A stretch of DNA of 64,000 nucleotides from Nymphaea colorata (lineage: Eukaryota): NCBI RefSeq assembly GCF_008831285.2, contig NC_045138.2, forward strand, positions 248,001 to 312,000, written 5' to 3'. Of the stretch, positions 1 to 17,912 are shown piece by piece. The position numbers and the translations under genes are program-made. Below the pieces are notes generated by a model. It saw only the letters and a list, made by a program, of their open reading frames with translations. It was not told the DNA's origin and did not search any database. Numbering within the stretch: the first letter of the stretch is position 1; every line of letters starts with the position of its first letter.

Positions 1-1189
1 CATAAAACCTAAGCCCAAGCCTGGTTCGGGACTGGTCTGATTAAATTAAAAAATATATATTTTTAATATAAAATACTATATATATATATGAAATTAATCA
101 TAATAAAATATTACAATTATATATACAAATCAATAAACTTTACATTAAAAGAATATTATCGGGCCAAACCTGTCTTATCGGGACCACTTGGGCCGGCCCG
201 AAGCCCTTTTTTCCGGGCTCGAGCCCAAGCACGAGTCTGGCCGGGTACCGAACAACTACTACAAGGCAAAACTGAATACCTAATCTCATTATGATTATTA
301 GTCAGATTTCGTTTTCTTGCTTAATTCATTAATTTGTCAAAATATATTCAAGTTATTGACCATTGTGAGGAGGCAAGGATGTAAATCACACTTGGAAGGG
401 ATGACAAAGAGTTGGGTTATCTGGATTCATTTAATTGTATTTGAAAAGAAAAATGAGATTGCATTAGCAACACTAGATTCAGATTTAGAATGAAGACTCT
501 AATTAAATCCAAATGGAAGTCCCTGACCCGTCAAAAGTTCGAACCCAGACCGTAAGCAAATGTCAGATCTTATGCAGGATCCAGATCTGGCTTTAAATCA
601 GGTCAGAATCCCAAGATCCTTCTTGTGTCTTCGTACCATCAAATAACTTCTCAGAGACTCTTCGGTTAAAGGAACAATGTGGTCTTAGAAGAGATGGTAA
701 AGAAACATACTTTATCTTCTTGTCCTGGGAAAGCATGGTGTGATAATGCCCAATCATTAGTTAATGAATTTAAAAAATTTATTAGAAATTAGACTAAGTT
801 TTTGCCTCAAGGAACATAGGATAGGAGGGCATTTAAAAAAACATATCTCTAGTTCGATTCTCATGGTGGGATGCCTCCACATCTTACCATGGTGGAGTAT
901 GATGCATAGGTTGAAGGGTATACCATTGCGATCGCTGATGTCTATGATGCTCAGGACCTTGAAGGTATGGAAACACAGAGGAAAACAAGTGGAAGGATGC
1001 TTTGGGCCTTTTTTCCATGTCATGGGTTGTTAAACTCTTGCTCACCAAAAATTAGACTATGTTTCTTACCAACTTCACTTACCGCTCTAAGGGGCTCACT
1101 CCCGGCTGGACTAAGATACAACACATGACTCTACAAAGGGGTTACAAGTGGATAAAGATCTGTGGATACATCGAGGGGAGAGGCAGTGT

Positions 1190-1514
1190 TAGGGGTGGGC
1201 ATCGGGCCGGGTCGGCCCGTCGGGCCCGAAACCCGGGCCCAACCCAGCCTGATGGGGGAAAGCGGCGAGCGAGATGGGGAGCGGAGAGGGAGAGGGAGAC
1301 GGGAAGGGACTCAGGGAGAGGGAGAGCCGGAGCGGAGAGGGGGAGAGGGAGACGGGGAGTGGAGAGGGAGACGGAGAGGGGGAGGGGGAGCGGAGTGAGA
1401 GCGGGAGCGGAGACGAGAAGGAGGGGGAGTGGGAGATGGACTCACGGAGGGCGGGAGTCGGGCCGCCGCTGGGCCGGCCTATCGGGCCCGGGCCCGGCCC
1501 GATGCCCAAGCTTA
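1190..1514. mobile_element. hAT-like MITE with GA-rich interior
   Basis: Terminal inverted repeats TAGGGGTGGGCATCGGGCCGG ... CCGGCCCGATGCCCAAGCTTA. The flanking 8-mers GGCAGTGT (1182-1189) and GGCGGTGC (1515-1522) match at 6/8, as expected for an aged 8-bp hAT target-site duplication. A related terminus (GGCCCGATGCCCAAGCCTA) occurs at ~38112-38130. Confidence 0.8.
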
Positions 1515-2107
1515 GGCGGTGCAGTTTGGGTCAACAAAAATGTGTTAGTTTTTATAAGGGCTTTTTGGCAATAAGAACATTTTGTAACAGTTTCATTTTG
1601 GGGCAGATTCATATTCTCTTGGCCAAACAAACTCATATTGTAACATATGTTCAAGAACATGTATATGAAATCAGCTGAACAAAGTAACACAATTTCTTCT
1701 ATCTTGGTGTAAGATATAAGGAACTGTTGGCGATCCAAGCTAACTTGGGCGATTTCCGAGACACTGGTGAGTTTGCCAACTATGATCCCAACTGTTAAAA
1801 ATCAAACGCGAAACATAACGGACAGAACAGACACATGTTCTGTGGGAATCAAAAGTCGGATAGAACTGATACTGCATTCCCTTCCTTAAAAACTGTCAAA
1901 CAGTGAACAGAGAACTGGTGTGTGCATTTTTTCTGGAGTACAGAACGTCCTATTCGTTTTGTCCCATGAATTACGAAAAAAAAAATCTTTTACCGAGTGA
2001 TTGGTAACATGAACACTATGTTCTTGAAGGACGTAATGTTTCATTGATCAGTCTCAATCTTTGTAGCATATGTCTTACGTTGCAAAGAATGAAGTGTTCT
2101 TGTTAAG

Positions 2108-2517
2108 TCAATGAGTCGAGCTAACTCGAGCTTGATTCGAACTCACTCGATGAACTTGACTCGAACTCGACAACCTAAACGAGTCGAGCTTGAGTTAAGG
2201 GGGCTCGGTTCGGTTAAGCTCAACAAAGAAAATATATATAATACGTCCCATAAAATTATCAAAAAATGTAGATTGTTCAGATGGGTATGCACTAGCATAT
2301 GGGAGGTTCTATGTTCAAATTTATATGCTGCCTTTTTGTTTTAAAAAATAATTTTTTTAACACAATGTTTGGCTGGGTGGGCTCAAACCAATCTTTTGGC
2401 TTGAGCTTAATCGAGCCGAGTTCAATTTTTCGACACTCAAGCCGAGTCGAGCTGGAGCTAATAAAATCGAACTTGGGCTGGCTCAACTCGTGTCGAACTG
2501 GCTCATGTACAGCCCTA
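2108..2517. mobile_element. Truncated MITE of the GAGCTCGAG/CTCGAG-rich family
   Basis: Dense CGAGC/CTCGA subrepeats and a TGTACAGCCCTA right end. Same family as the complete copy at 11386-11927. The left terminus is not visible. Confidence 0.6.
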
Positions 2518-3708
2518 GCCCCACATCCCTTCTGCTGCTTATAACTTTTAAAATTTTTAATTTAGCCAATACAAATTTATATCTTGGCCCTTACAAAAAA
2601 TTTTTGCAAATATAGTCGCCTCCCAACAAAAAAAAAAAATCGTAGCTCTGCCTGGCTTAGGTGTAATTTGTATTCATTTTAATTAATTTAAGTCTGAGTA
2701 GTTAAACACTCCTTTTAAGTTACATTCGTTGGATTAGTTAGTAACGCACTTGAGTTCGCATGATACTCGTTTCTAAATTAAACCCTGCATGTACCAAATT
2801 CAGCTTAATTTGGATTCTCCACAACGAAATCTAATTCGAATTCAGATTGACAACTTACTTTTTTTAAATTATATTCAGATCTGAGTAGCACAAAAGCTTA
2901 CATTTATATCCAATCGGGTCACATTTTTATAAGGTCATACTTATATTTAGATTTGGTTATGAACATATATATATATATATATATATATAGTTAAAATTAG
3001 ACACAACTACTAATCAAATAACATTTTTAGATCTAGATAAAAAATTTTCAATTCGAATAAATAATTAAATATATTTGATCTACCTACATCCCTAATATAT
3101 GTCTTATCAATATTGTAAGAGTGTTTTCTAAGAAAAGAACAAGATACAACAAAAGTAAGGTTTTTTTTAGTATAACGTTGATAGTATCATGAGGGGACTG
3201 AGACGTGTGACTATTCATCAGATTTGAATAGTTTACAGAAAATTCATTAAATCGGACCTAGTTGGTCAAGAGTCGCATTTTGCGCTACAAAAGTTTCGCC
3301 AGATCCAAATAAATACCAGATCCAGATCTGATTACTTAAAAGAACTAACTTTTACATACTACATCTGCTATGTAGTTACTAGATTGTCTGAAATTATTTA
3401 TCCAATCTTGAGTTAGGAATTGAGTTTTTTTTTTTTTTTGGGTATCTCAATCGGATCTGGATCCAGTTAGTAAAGTGAAGTTCCCCAGTTGATATACTCA
3501 AAGTTGTTCGGTTCGGGTAACCAACAAAAGTCCGACCCATTTGATCATGGTGTGTAAAAGCAAATAATGAAAGTGTTAAGGACAAAACCGGAACTCCACC
3601 CAACCAGTGATTCCTTGATTTCCTGGTTTTCGGAGGTCTTGGAAATTCCTGTCCTTCTCGTCTTGACTTCTTCAAATTCCTTTCTTCTCGACTCTTCACA
3701 GGCTACAG

Positions 3709-3710
<2 letters not shown>

Positions 3711-3750
<40 letters not shown>
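3711..3750 (+). repeat. (CT)n microsatellite in the probable 5' UTR exon of the RabC gene
   Basis: About 20 CT units, followed by a donor-like ACAG|GTTAG at 3785/3786 and a U-rich intron-like stretch up to ~4413. The 5' UTR assignment is inference. Confidence 0.6.
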
Positions 3751-3755
<5 letters not shown>

Positions 3756-4507
3756 AGGACTTTTCTTGATTGCGGATTCATACAGGTTAGAAAATATCAC
3801 GATTCTCACGGATTTCCTCATGTTTTTAGTTTGTTCGTTTGTTTGGCAATCCCTCCCCATTATTTTTCTCCTTTTGCAAGAAATTTAGTCGCTGAATTGG
3901 TAGATTTTTTGGGTGCTTAGTAATGTTAAATGATGAATCTACTAAATAAGCGTATTTTGTCTCTTGGTTTAGTTGTTGAATCAACGTGTAGATTTGCGAC
4001 TAGATGATTTTCTCTGTTTCTCTGTTTTGATGGATTTGGTTTGAAAATTAATGGAAGGTTTTGGTTTTTTAAAGTTTCCGATGACGGGTTTTGATAGTTT
4101 GGTGTTGGCAAAATTTGTGTTTTCGCGATGAATTCTACATGCGAGAAAACTCCAATGGCGGTGGTGATGATCTGTGTCGCACATCTTTGGATAATTCATA
4201 ATTGTTATTGGATTTAGTTACTTGCTGGATTGTTCTACTCATTAGCTGATGGAAGTGTCCTACATCTCTGGTTTTGTGATAAACAGTTTTATATTTCTTC
4301 ACCTATTTTTAGTTTTTGTTATTAATCATGTTGATTTATTATGGTTTTGATTTAATTCTGATGTACTATCAATTGCACACAGCTTATCTTTTCTACTTGT
4401 TGTTTTTCTTGAAGACTACGAGGTGAATTTTGAGACATTGGTTTAATCAGGACCGTACTTGCCTGCAGTCATCGACTATTCACTGTGATTCTTCAGGGTT
4501 GGATTTA

Positions 4508-7500
4508 ATGGACATCTCTCCATCTCCACCGGAGTTCGACTACTTATTTAAATTACTGCTTATTGGAGATTCAGGTGTTGGGAAAAGCAGTCTCTTGTTG
4601 AGTTTCACTTCAGATACATTTGAAGACCTTTCACCAACAATAGGTAAAGCATCAAATGTTGCTGAAGAGCCTTTTGTATTACTGCTCCCCAATTAGTTAT
4701 TCATCTATTGGTGCAATTTGTTCCTCCAAACCAGTATAGAGATGGATCATCAAACAGAGCAACTATCTTTTGATGTCGTGAAGTTGCTTTCGTTTATCGT
4801 AGGTCATGCATTATGATTGTACAGTTTCTTTTGAGGAAAATGTGTAATCTCTTAAAAGAAGTCACAAATCAATTACTTTTAAGTCTTAATAAACAAAACA
4901 TCAACTTTTCATGCAGTATCCAGAGTGTCTTTTCTGGTAAACTGCCATTCATAAACATGTTTTCAGGTTTGATTTAATTTAAATAAAGGTGACAACATCG
5001 GAAACTGCTTGATCTGTTGAGGGTTGCAGGCAAGGGAGTGTGGATATGGATCCACTTCTCATGCTTATCCTCCAAATTTTCCAAGTTGCGTATTTCTTTA
5101 TTTCTATTCCTAGAACTGCTGGATAAGCTATCCTGTAAAATGCTATTTTCTTAATGATCAGCTAAGAAAGTTTATCAGTTGCAATTTCAACAGAACCTAG
5201 GAACAACTGGAATCCATTCATCTTTCGGAAAGCATTAATTTCAGAAAAAATAGTAGTCTTTCTCTTATTCCCAAAATGTCAATTTATCCTTCTCGCTTTA
5301 TGATGGAGAGTGGTGCATCTCCAGGTGTTGACTTTAAGGTGAAGATGGTGACTGTTGGTGGGAAAAGGTTGAAGCTTGCAATCTGGGATACAGGTATGTT
5401 TTTGATGCATATGATATATAGTTGATGAATGGAACTTGATTTATGATATTAACTTTAGGGGAAGCCTCACATAGCTATATACCTGTGTTACAGCAAGAAA
5501 AGAGATCTTATTCACTTTGCCAAGAAATTGATTGCTTTCGTATGTTATTGCTAGACTATCTTGATTAGTATCATTCTTTTCATATTTGCAGTTTTTGTAC
5601 TATATAGAGATGAAAAGTGTCACCAAATGTATAGTTTTCTGTGTCTTTGTGGAACTTTGTGATATATGGGAAACTTGAAATGTGCTAATTCCATAAAGAA
5701 TATTTTGTGCTGTTTTGTTGCAGCTGGACAGGAAAGGTTCAGAACATTAACCAGTTCATACTATAGAGGAGCACAAGGCATAATTATGGGTATGTTGCGT
5801 CTTTGTGCTGCCTTGTCATTTTCAAATGTTATATGTGCTTCATAAATATGTGATGTTGAGTTTCACTAGGAAGATACTTGCTGTATTTTCATGTAAATGT
5901 TGATTGCTTCAGCTGGAAGGGGATTTCTATGGATGTAGATGCATGGTCATGGTGGTTTCAGAGGGTGATGAGAAGCTGTCAAGACACTCCATTGGATGGA
6001 GGAGGAATACCAAAAGTTCATGAAACTCCATAAGAAAATTAAGAACTTAATACATCTAATTATAGAGGATATCACTATAACTTCTAACTAATCTTTCTGC
6101 TTCTAGATATTGGGTTCTCTCTTGTGATATAATTTCTAGTAAGAAAAATCAATTTTGAAAATGGATTCTACCATTAGATGCCTGATATAGAATGAATGAG
6201 TTCAGAGATGATGTTAGAAATCGAGGTGTTTAAACCAGTGTTATGTTTAGGATATTTGGCAGCTGTTGCTTTGAGCATCAACATGATGATTTTGCAACTT
6301 TTATTGAAATGCTTACTCTTATAATTTCAATGCTCCTGTATCAACATCCTTGTGTGGAAACTGGTAATTGCTTATTGCAGAAACTTTTTCAGTAGATTCA
6401 GTTCTTCTTGTATAAGGTTGTTTTTCTTAATGTGTATTCTTTATTGACTTGTGACTAGTGTTTCCTTTATATTTTTTTCAGTTTATGATGTGACAAGGCG
6501 TGAAACATTTACAAACCTTTCCGAAATATGGGCTAAAGAAATTGATCTATATTCTACTAATCAAGACTGCATCAAAATGCTTGTTGGAAATAAAGTTGAC
6601 AAGGTAATTTATGGTACCAAGTGCAGCATATATTCTTTGTAATAAAAGGTTCTTTTGTTGCCATGCTTCTGAGGTTTCAAATTTTTCCATGTTTCTTATA
6701 GAGCTGATCACTGACTAGACTTTTCCAGATGTTATCTTTTTTGTGACATATAGACTGTGATTGCATACATGTTATATATTTTCTCCAGTAGACTGGCATT
6801 GGGTGAATGTGTTGTAACTGATCTAAATTTCAGTTAGACTCTCATACCGTTTAGCACACCGTAGCTATTGCACGCCGATACTATAAATAATCTGATTGTG
6901 AAAGTGAAAACTTGAGAAAATTGTTCTACTATGTAAAATTAAATTTAATTGTAAAATGAAGTATAGTTCTGTTCAATCTAATCTGGTTATTTACGATATA
7001 TGCTTGAGGTTCTTTGTCCATTTCTTCCTCATGTATTTTATGCACGTGCTTTTATTACGATAATCCCTTGAAGGTGCTGGAAACAACATTCTAGTTTCAG
7101 AGGTATTCAATAATTTACCAAGGAACAGAAGAATACTTGTTCCTGTTGGCTGCTCCTATAGTTAGAGTTGGCTGCATCTTTTCCCTGAAGACACTTGTAT
7201 CCATCCTGCTTACTTTATGTCGTGGAAAAAGATGAAAGTTGGAAGTCTGATATACTTAGTTGGACTTCAAAGATGCGTTTAGCATTGCTAAATAGAAAAA
7301 CATGGATCCATATTAGGTACGATTTCTTTTTCCTTTTTTCCCTTTCAAATTTGTTCATGGATTTGTTCTGAAACCTGTCAAACTCATCAAGTTCACCTAT
7401 CTTACTTGTTCATTTCTAAGTATAGTATGGACATGCTAATTTACAAAAATTTGAAATACAGTATCCTGTGCGTAGCATGAAACATTAAATGTGTTTGTGT

Positions 7501-8222
7501 GCACATGCAGACATAGTGGTTTTCATGGTTGTGTTGCCTTTTGCTTGGATAGGACGGTAAACCTTAGTGTGATTTTATAGAATGTTATTCATGAGGTTTT
7601 ACATTTGGAAGTCATTTTTAAACTATTGAAACTAGAAAATTCCTCATGGACGGTCTGCTGATCTTGGAAATTTCTTGTTTGCCAGGAAAGTGAAAGGGTT
7701 GTAACTAAGAAGGAAGGAATTGAGTTTGCAAGGGAAGCTGGATGCCTTTTCCTTGAATGTAGTGCAAAAACACGAGTTAACGTTGAGCAATGCTTTGAGG
7801 AGCTTGTTCTAAAGGTGGGAAGTGCTTTCCTTTTGACTTCTGTTTCTGCTTTTGCTTTTCTTTCTGAACTGAACAACGGTCTGTGGTTTGGTCTATAATT
7901 TGTTGACCTAAATTAGTTACCATACCCACATACACACATAGGCAGATTCATACATGCACAACTAGTAAATCAGAAGTAATTGAAAGGAAAAAAAAGCATG
8001 GATAAACAGCATTTCTTTAAGATAAATGTACTTTTTACTTATTAATCCATGAGGGAGTTTCCTTCACATTCAGCAGTGATAAAATTATCTGAAATGAGCC
8101 TGTAATTGTTCATTCAGATATTGGACACCCCAAGCCTCTTAGCAGAAGGTTCATCAGGTGTAAAGCGGAATATTTTCAAGCAGAAACCCCAACCTGAGGC
8201 TGCCACAAGCGGCTGCTGCTGA
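4508..8222 (+). CDS. RABC1: Ras-related small GTPase of the RabC (Rab18) clade, 208 aa, 6 coding exons
   Basis: Exons 4508-4643, 5325-5393, 5724-5789, 6482-6603, 7686-7814 and 8118-8222, all GT-AG, total 627 nt in frame. Motifs [48 protein letters not shown], and a C-terminal SGCC prenylation site. Confidence 0.96.
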
Positions 8223-9750
8223 GATGTACTGTCCACCTGCTTCCAGTTGATTTGTTTGTTGATGTTGGTGATGCGGATGTCAGGTCTTCCCTCTCATATT
8301 TGTTGCTGAAACAGTAAATTTAAAATTCTTCAGTTGTTCTCCCTTTAATCACTGTTTCTTCAGAATGCATCTGTTCAATGCTGTATACGGTTTAGAATGC
8401 CTCTCTCTCTCTCATGCGTAAGTTGAATCTTCACTCAGGCCGATCAAGCAGCCATTGGGCAACCTTGTGCCAAGAACCACAATGCTTTTTTTCTCCTTTG
8501 TTCTTTCAAATGGTAGAAAGGACTTTCCAGGGCATATAAAAGAAAGATTGTGAAAGAACCAGCTACTAAGCAAGCATTGTGAAAAATCGATCTTATTATG
8601 AACAATCCCACTGTGAAAATGTCCTGTAATATTATACTTTGTTTTCAATTTTTTTCTTGAACCATATCAAAGAGATGTCTAAAGGCTAGTGTAGGTTGAA
8701 ATGCAGTAAAAGCAGAGAAAGCTGCTTATGTCAGAATTATTTACAGTAAGACGTAATATTTTCAAGATGATGCTTTCGAAAGTATTGTGTTATCCTCGCC
8801 TGTGTGTGTGCGTAGGTTGCACACATAATAGTCCTTCCGAAAACCCTTTAATACACACACATACACACACAAAGTGAGGGCTTTTGAACAGATAACTTAG
8901 TAGAGATGTTGTCTACATGCTCTTGAACATGTAAATGGAATTTTACAACTCTGAGAATTCATACAATGGTTTTGAAAATCTGATGAAAGCTTATACATAC
9001 ATTTTGGAAAGTATCATTTTTTTTTTTGAGTCGCCGAGCCTACTGCAAAATTGACTGACAGTTTTGGCAATGCACATTGCATCATCGAGCCTACCACCTC
9101 TTTCATTGATCGTACTGGCTAGGCATTTTTCAGCCAAAGATGAGCATGCGTCGAAAAAGACAATGGCTGAAAAAGTATAAGCCTCTCCAGTAACGCCGAA
9201 CAGAAGTATAAACCTCTCCAGCAACGTCGAAAAAGACAATGGCTGAAAAAGGAACTGACCCGTCTGTTCTTAATGAAGTTAGATCCTCATGAAGAGGGTA
9301 TTCACAGCTTGGTGAAACTTTGGTTAGAATGATTGCCATTGGAAGGAGTGATCTCCTAACAGCTTGAAAACCAAATTGGACTAAATTCATGATGAACTAA
9401 GTTTACATCCTAGAACTAAACTTCGGAAGATTTACTTCAAAAGCCATTAAAGTTGAGCTAAATGCATTATGAAGAACTTTGATCAAGCTTTAGATAGTCA
9501 TCCTGTCATGCAAAACTTGGTTTTTGGTCTTCATGAGTGCAGAAGGGCCAATCGAAAAGAACATGCAGCCGGCATGCATGGCAGTTCAGGCGACCTGTTT
9601 CCGTCCACAAAGACGAAATCCCTTCGAGAAGAACATAAAGTATCTCGACAATAACATGGGAGGTTTTTCTGATTTCTAGCTATAGATCAGCAGCATGTAG
9701 CAAATGAAGATCATCCATTGGCTACTTCAGTCATCTGACAAAATCCCTTA

Positions 9751-9955
9751 AGGTAGTGTTTGATTCAGATCGGTGGTCAGATCCCTAAAATCTCAAGTTC
9801 ATGAATTTGAGATCGAACCCTCCCCCATCAAATCTTAAATTCATGGTTTTTAACAAGTACCATGGGTTTGAAATCCATGCTACTGAGATCGACATCTACA
9901 AACACACCTTTTAATGCAACCTCGGATCTAAGATATGAAGCATCAAACACAACCT
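9751..9955. mobile_element. Tourist/PIF-Harbinger-like MITE
   Basis: Inverted termini AGGTAGTGTTTGAT ... ATCAAACACAACCT in a TTA/TAA context, ~205 bp. Confidence 0.6.
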
Positions 9956-10081
9956 TAAAGACTACATGCTTCTACAACTCAGATATGTTGTGTGCAGCGC
10001 ACCTATTTCTGAATTGTGGAGCCCTAAACCGCAAGGGGACTGTGCTGACTGCATCAGCAATCTCTTTTATATATCTAAACA

Positions 10082-10126
<45 letters not shown>

Positions 10127-10415
10127 ACCTCCCGTGGACGTATCTCACGAGTGGTCGATCGACGACCGTCTGGTTAAACTATTAATCGGATGGTCGAGAT
10201 GTAGTACATAATACGACCGCATGAAGGGGGATTGGGATTCTGACAGCAGCCTTGAGTTTATCATTTGACTAAGGATTGCATACTTGAAGGCATTTGGCGA
10301 GAAGAACAATGTGTTCCTGCAATATATTTTCTTTAAACGTGTTTTAAGAATCCTATGTTCAATGTTCAACTGTTGGATCCGAAGGCAACAGTTTATAGAC
10401 TGCTTACGAGGGCAT

Positions 10416-10538
10416 CGGTAATAGGAACATTAATATAGTGTTTTAAGAATCTGTCACAAAGATTGAGATATAGATTTATATAATATTAGTTTAATCTTTG
10501 TGACCAATTCATGAAACATTGTATTGGTGTTATTACTG
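10416..10538 (+). other. ~120-nt fold-back (imperfect inverted repeat), probably MITE-derived
   Basis: AACATTAATATAGTGTTTTAAGAATCTGTCACAAAGATTGAG (from 10426) pairs with TTTAATCTTTGTGACCAATTCATGAAACATTGTATTGGTGTT (to 10531), with an outer CGGTAAT/ATTACTG stem. Confidence 0.7.
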
Positions 10539-11385
10539 TAAAATACACCGCCTAACGTTCAACGGTAAGCTACCAATAATGCATTGATGTTCATGTTGCT
10601 TTGGAAATATCACAATTATATCATGCTTCCTAACAAAATGCAACATATCAATCGAAACATCACACTCTTCAAAACATCATACATGTTTGAAACTAATATC
10701 ACTCTACAATCACATTATGATGACCTCCAATTTAGTTTTTCCCTTACACAACTATTAGTTTTCTTTTCTTGTAATAGTTAAGTTTGCATGCATGATTTTG
10801 TATATGCTTAAATATTTCCTAGACAAAAACAACTTCCAAAAAATTCCGTGAAATATTATCAGCGAAAGTTAGGATCTTGATCTTAACCATGCGCTAAACC
10901 ATGTTCTAGGGTTTTAGAAACCATGGGAAACAAATTACCAAAGCATTTATTTGAATGAAACAAGCAAGACCAACCATGCATTTGCTGTTAGCCATTAAAT
11001 TTAGTTTTGGATTTTACCTGCATGTGTCAGTAAAGCTTCGACTTCCTCCAAACACCTTGTGGGCAGAAGAAAAAGTTGCTACCACAAGAGTGACCATGTT
11101 CTTCAACAAAATCACAGCCACGACCACGACCAGGACCTATTTGTGATAAGCATTTCATTAATGACCATGGTAATTGGTGGATCCAGTTGGCAAAATTTCC
11201 GGAGCATAATTTCTTGAAAAGGGCACCAAAATACAAGTCTAGGTTTTTTATTTTTCCGGTAAGAATAGTATCCTTCCGACCATTAATGCTGAAAACCAGT
11301 TAGGTCTTTAACCAGTACGCAGTTTATTTAACTGGTCAGACATCAAGCTAAACCCTAATGCCCAAAACAGTAACTTACTTATAAT

Positions 11386-11927
11386 TAGGGGTGAACAACT
11401 AGTCGAGCTACTCGAAGTCGACTCATTAAAGCTCGGCTCGTGAATGAGTTCGAGCCGAGTCATTTGCTTAACGAGTCGAGCTCGAGTTCATGAGTTGAGT
11501 TGTCCAAGTAATCGAGTTGAGTTTGAGCTCAATAAGTAACTGCCAAGTCAAGTTCAAACCTTAGTTGAGTTTGTCGAGCCTTGATCAAGTGGATATATTC
11601 AAACGAGTTTACGAATTTGTCGAGCCTTAATCGACTTGAGCTCAAACTCAACGCGTAAAGATGAATATCAATTCTACTCAAACAAGTTTGCCGAGCCTTA
11701 ACCGAGTTGAACTCATGTTCAACACGTAACGATGAATATCAATTCTATTCAAACAAGTTTGTCGAGCTTTAATCAAGTCGAACTCGAGCTCAACACGTAA
11801 CTATCGAGTCAAGCTGCTTCCATCGAGCTATTCTTGATCTCGAACTAAGTCAAGCTCAAGGTTTCATTAGCCGAGCCAAGCTCAAGTTGACTAAACTCGG
11901 GCTTGACTCGGCTTGTGTTCACCTCTA
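11386..11927. mobile_element. hAT-like MITE (CTCGAG-rich), complete
   Basis: TIRs TAGGGGTGAACA / TGTTCACCTCTA. 8-bp TSD CTTATAAT (11378-11385) / CCTATAAT (11928-11935), 7/8 identical. Confidence 0.88.
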
Positions 11928-11962
11928 CCTATAATTTTGTTTCACGTTTGTTCTCACATTAA

Positions 11963-12275
11963 GGGTCCGTTTGAATGCACGTAACTTTCTAATCAAGCTG
12001 AAACTGTAGTTCAAATTTAGTGAAAAGTTGCAGCAAGAAAAATGCAGAACTTTAGTGCCCGGATTTTTTGACGCCAGTATAGAACTTTAGTACCAGAATT
12101 AATGTTCCACCTGTTTAAATGGAACTTACTGTTTAAATGTAACAAAAGTTCTATGAATTCAAACAAATGACATAAATGAATTGTGAAACAAAAGTTTCAC
12201 TGAAAAAGGTACCAGGTATTAAATACCCAATAGTTTTAATCTCGGGTATTTACTTCTCTGTATTCAAACGGCCCC
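11963..12275. mobile_element. Tourist/PIF-Harbinger-like MITE
   Basis: 14-bp TIRs GGGTCCGTTTGAAT / ATTCAAACGGCCCC, flanked by TAA / TGA 3-bp target sites. Confidence 0.82.
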
Positions 12276-12432
12276 TGAGAAAACTTTTGAGCTGAAGGCA
12301 TTCTGGTCAAAAACTAACAATATCTGAAAAACTAAGCATTTTTGGAGAGAGGTACATGATCAAGAAGCGACAATATTGTAATTTTCAATTTGTTTGAGGG
12401 CTAAAGTAAACCTTCCATTTCCACCAACCTGG

Positions 12433-12463
<31 letters not shown>

Positions 12464-12825
12464 AAAAAAAGAAAAAAGAAAAATGCTTAATCTTAAAACA
12501 TTTGAATCTGGCCTTTTCTGCCACCAATGTACCTTTTTTTTTCAGAACTTAAAGAAAAATCAATTAAATGTCTAATAATGCAGATTCTTTTTCCCTTCTC
12601 AGAAATTGGCAAAAATCTAAAGATCCCCCATACTAGAAGGGGGGGAAATGTTTTCTTTCTTAAAATGCAACATATCTAGGCCTCACGCCACCATTTTCTA
12701 TATATTTCCTTCAACACAAAAATCAGAGTTAATATTGATAATTCTTGATAATTCATAAAAGAAAAGATTAGATATCTGAGGAAAAAGATTACCTCCAAGA
12801 GCTGAAAAATCCCACAAGCCGCTAG

Positions 12826-13310
12826 TTGCACATGGTTCCCTAGCACAAAACCCTAATTAAGCAAACACCAAATCTAGCGGCACTATAATCTTTATGTTGC
12901 ACGCGCGCAGGCAACATACACACACACACATAAGAAAACACCAAATTTGAGGGCACCGTTTTCTTCATATTGCATGCACGTGCACAACACAAGCATACAC
13001 ATGAAGGCAAATGTAACACAAAATTCGAAGGCAGCATTTTCTTTGTATACCTTGCATGCACGCAGGCAATACACACACACACACAAACAAAGGCATATAT
13101 GTATATATACATAAGGGAACACCACCATTTTCCTTATGTTGCATACATGTAGTGAACACACACAGAGACTCATATATATTGAGAAAAGGCCAATGTTGAC
13201 GGAATCAAATCATTTACGTTGCATGCACACAGGCAACACACACACACACACACACACACAGAGGCAGAGGAACATATATCAGAAACGGCCAGGTTTCATG
13301 GCGGGTATAA
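12826..13310 (+). promoter_or_regulatory. YUCCA proximal promoter: degenerate ~80-bp tandem repeat carrying RY (CATGCA) motifs, a G-box and a TATA-like box
   Basis: Units begin with TTGCA at 12897, 12970, 13052, 13139 and 13219. Intact CATGCA at 12973, 13055 and 13222; CACGTG at 12977; TATAA at 13306. Regulatory function is inferred. Confidence 0.55.
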
Positions 13311-13383
13311 GAAAAAACTTGGCTATAGAACTTGAAGAGAGATCCGTAGATAGGATCATCTGGAGGTGGCAGAGAAGAGAACC

Positions 13384-17912
<4,529 letters not shown>

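Noticed and set aside
640..1180. Coding-like stretch with 88-89 aa ORFs, possibly a retroelement relic
   Set aside because: No recognisable motif in any frame, so a call cannot be supported.
1059..1678. Overlapping ORFs of 106-171 aa rich in G/E/R or S/P
   Set aside because: They are translations of the GA-rich interior of the MITE at 1190-1514.
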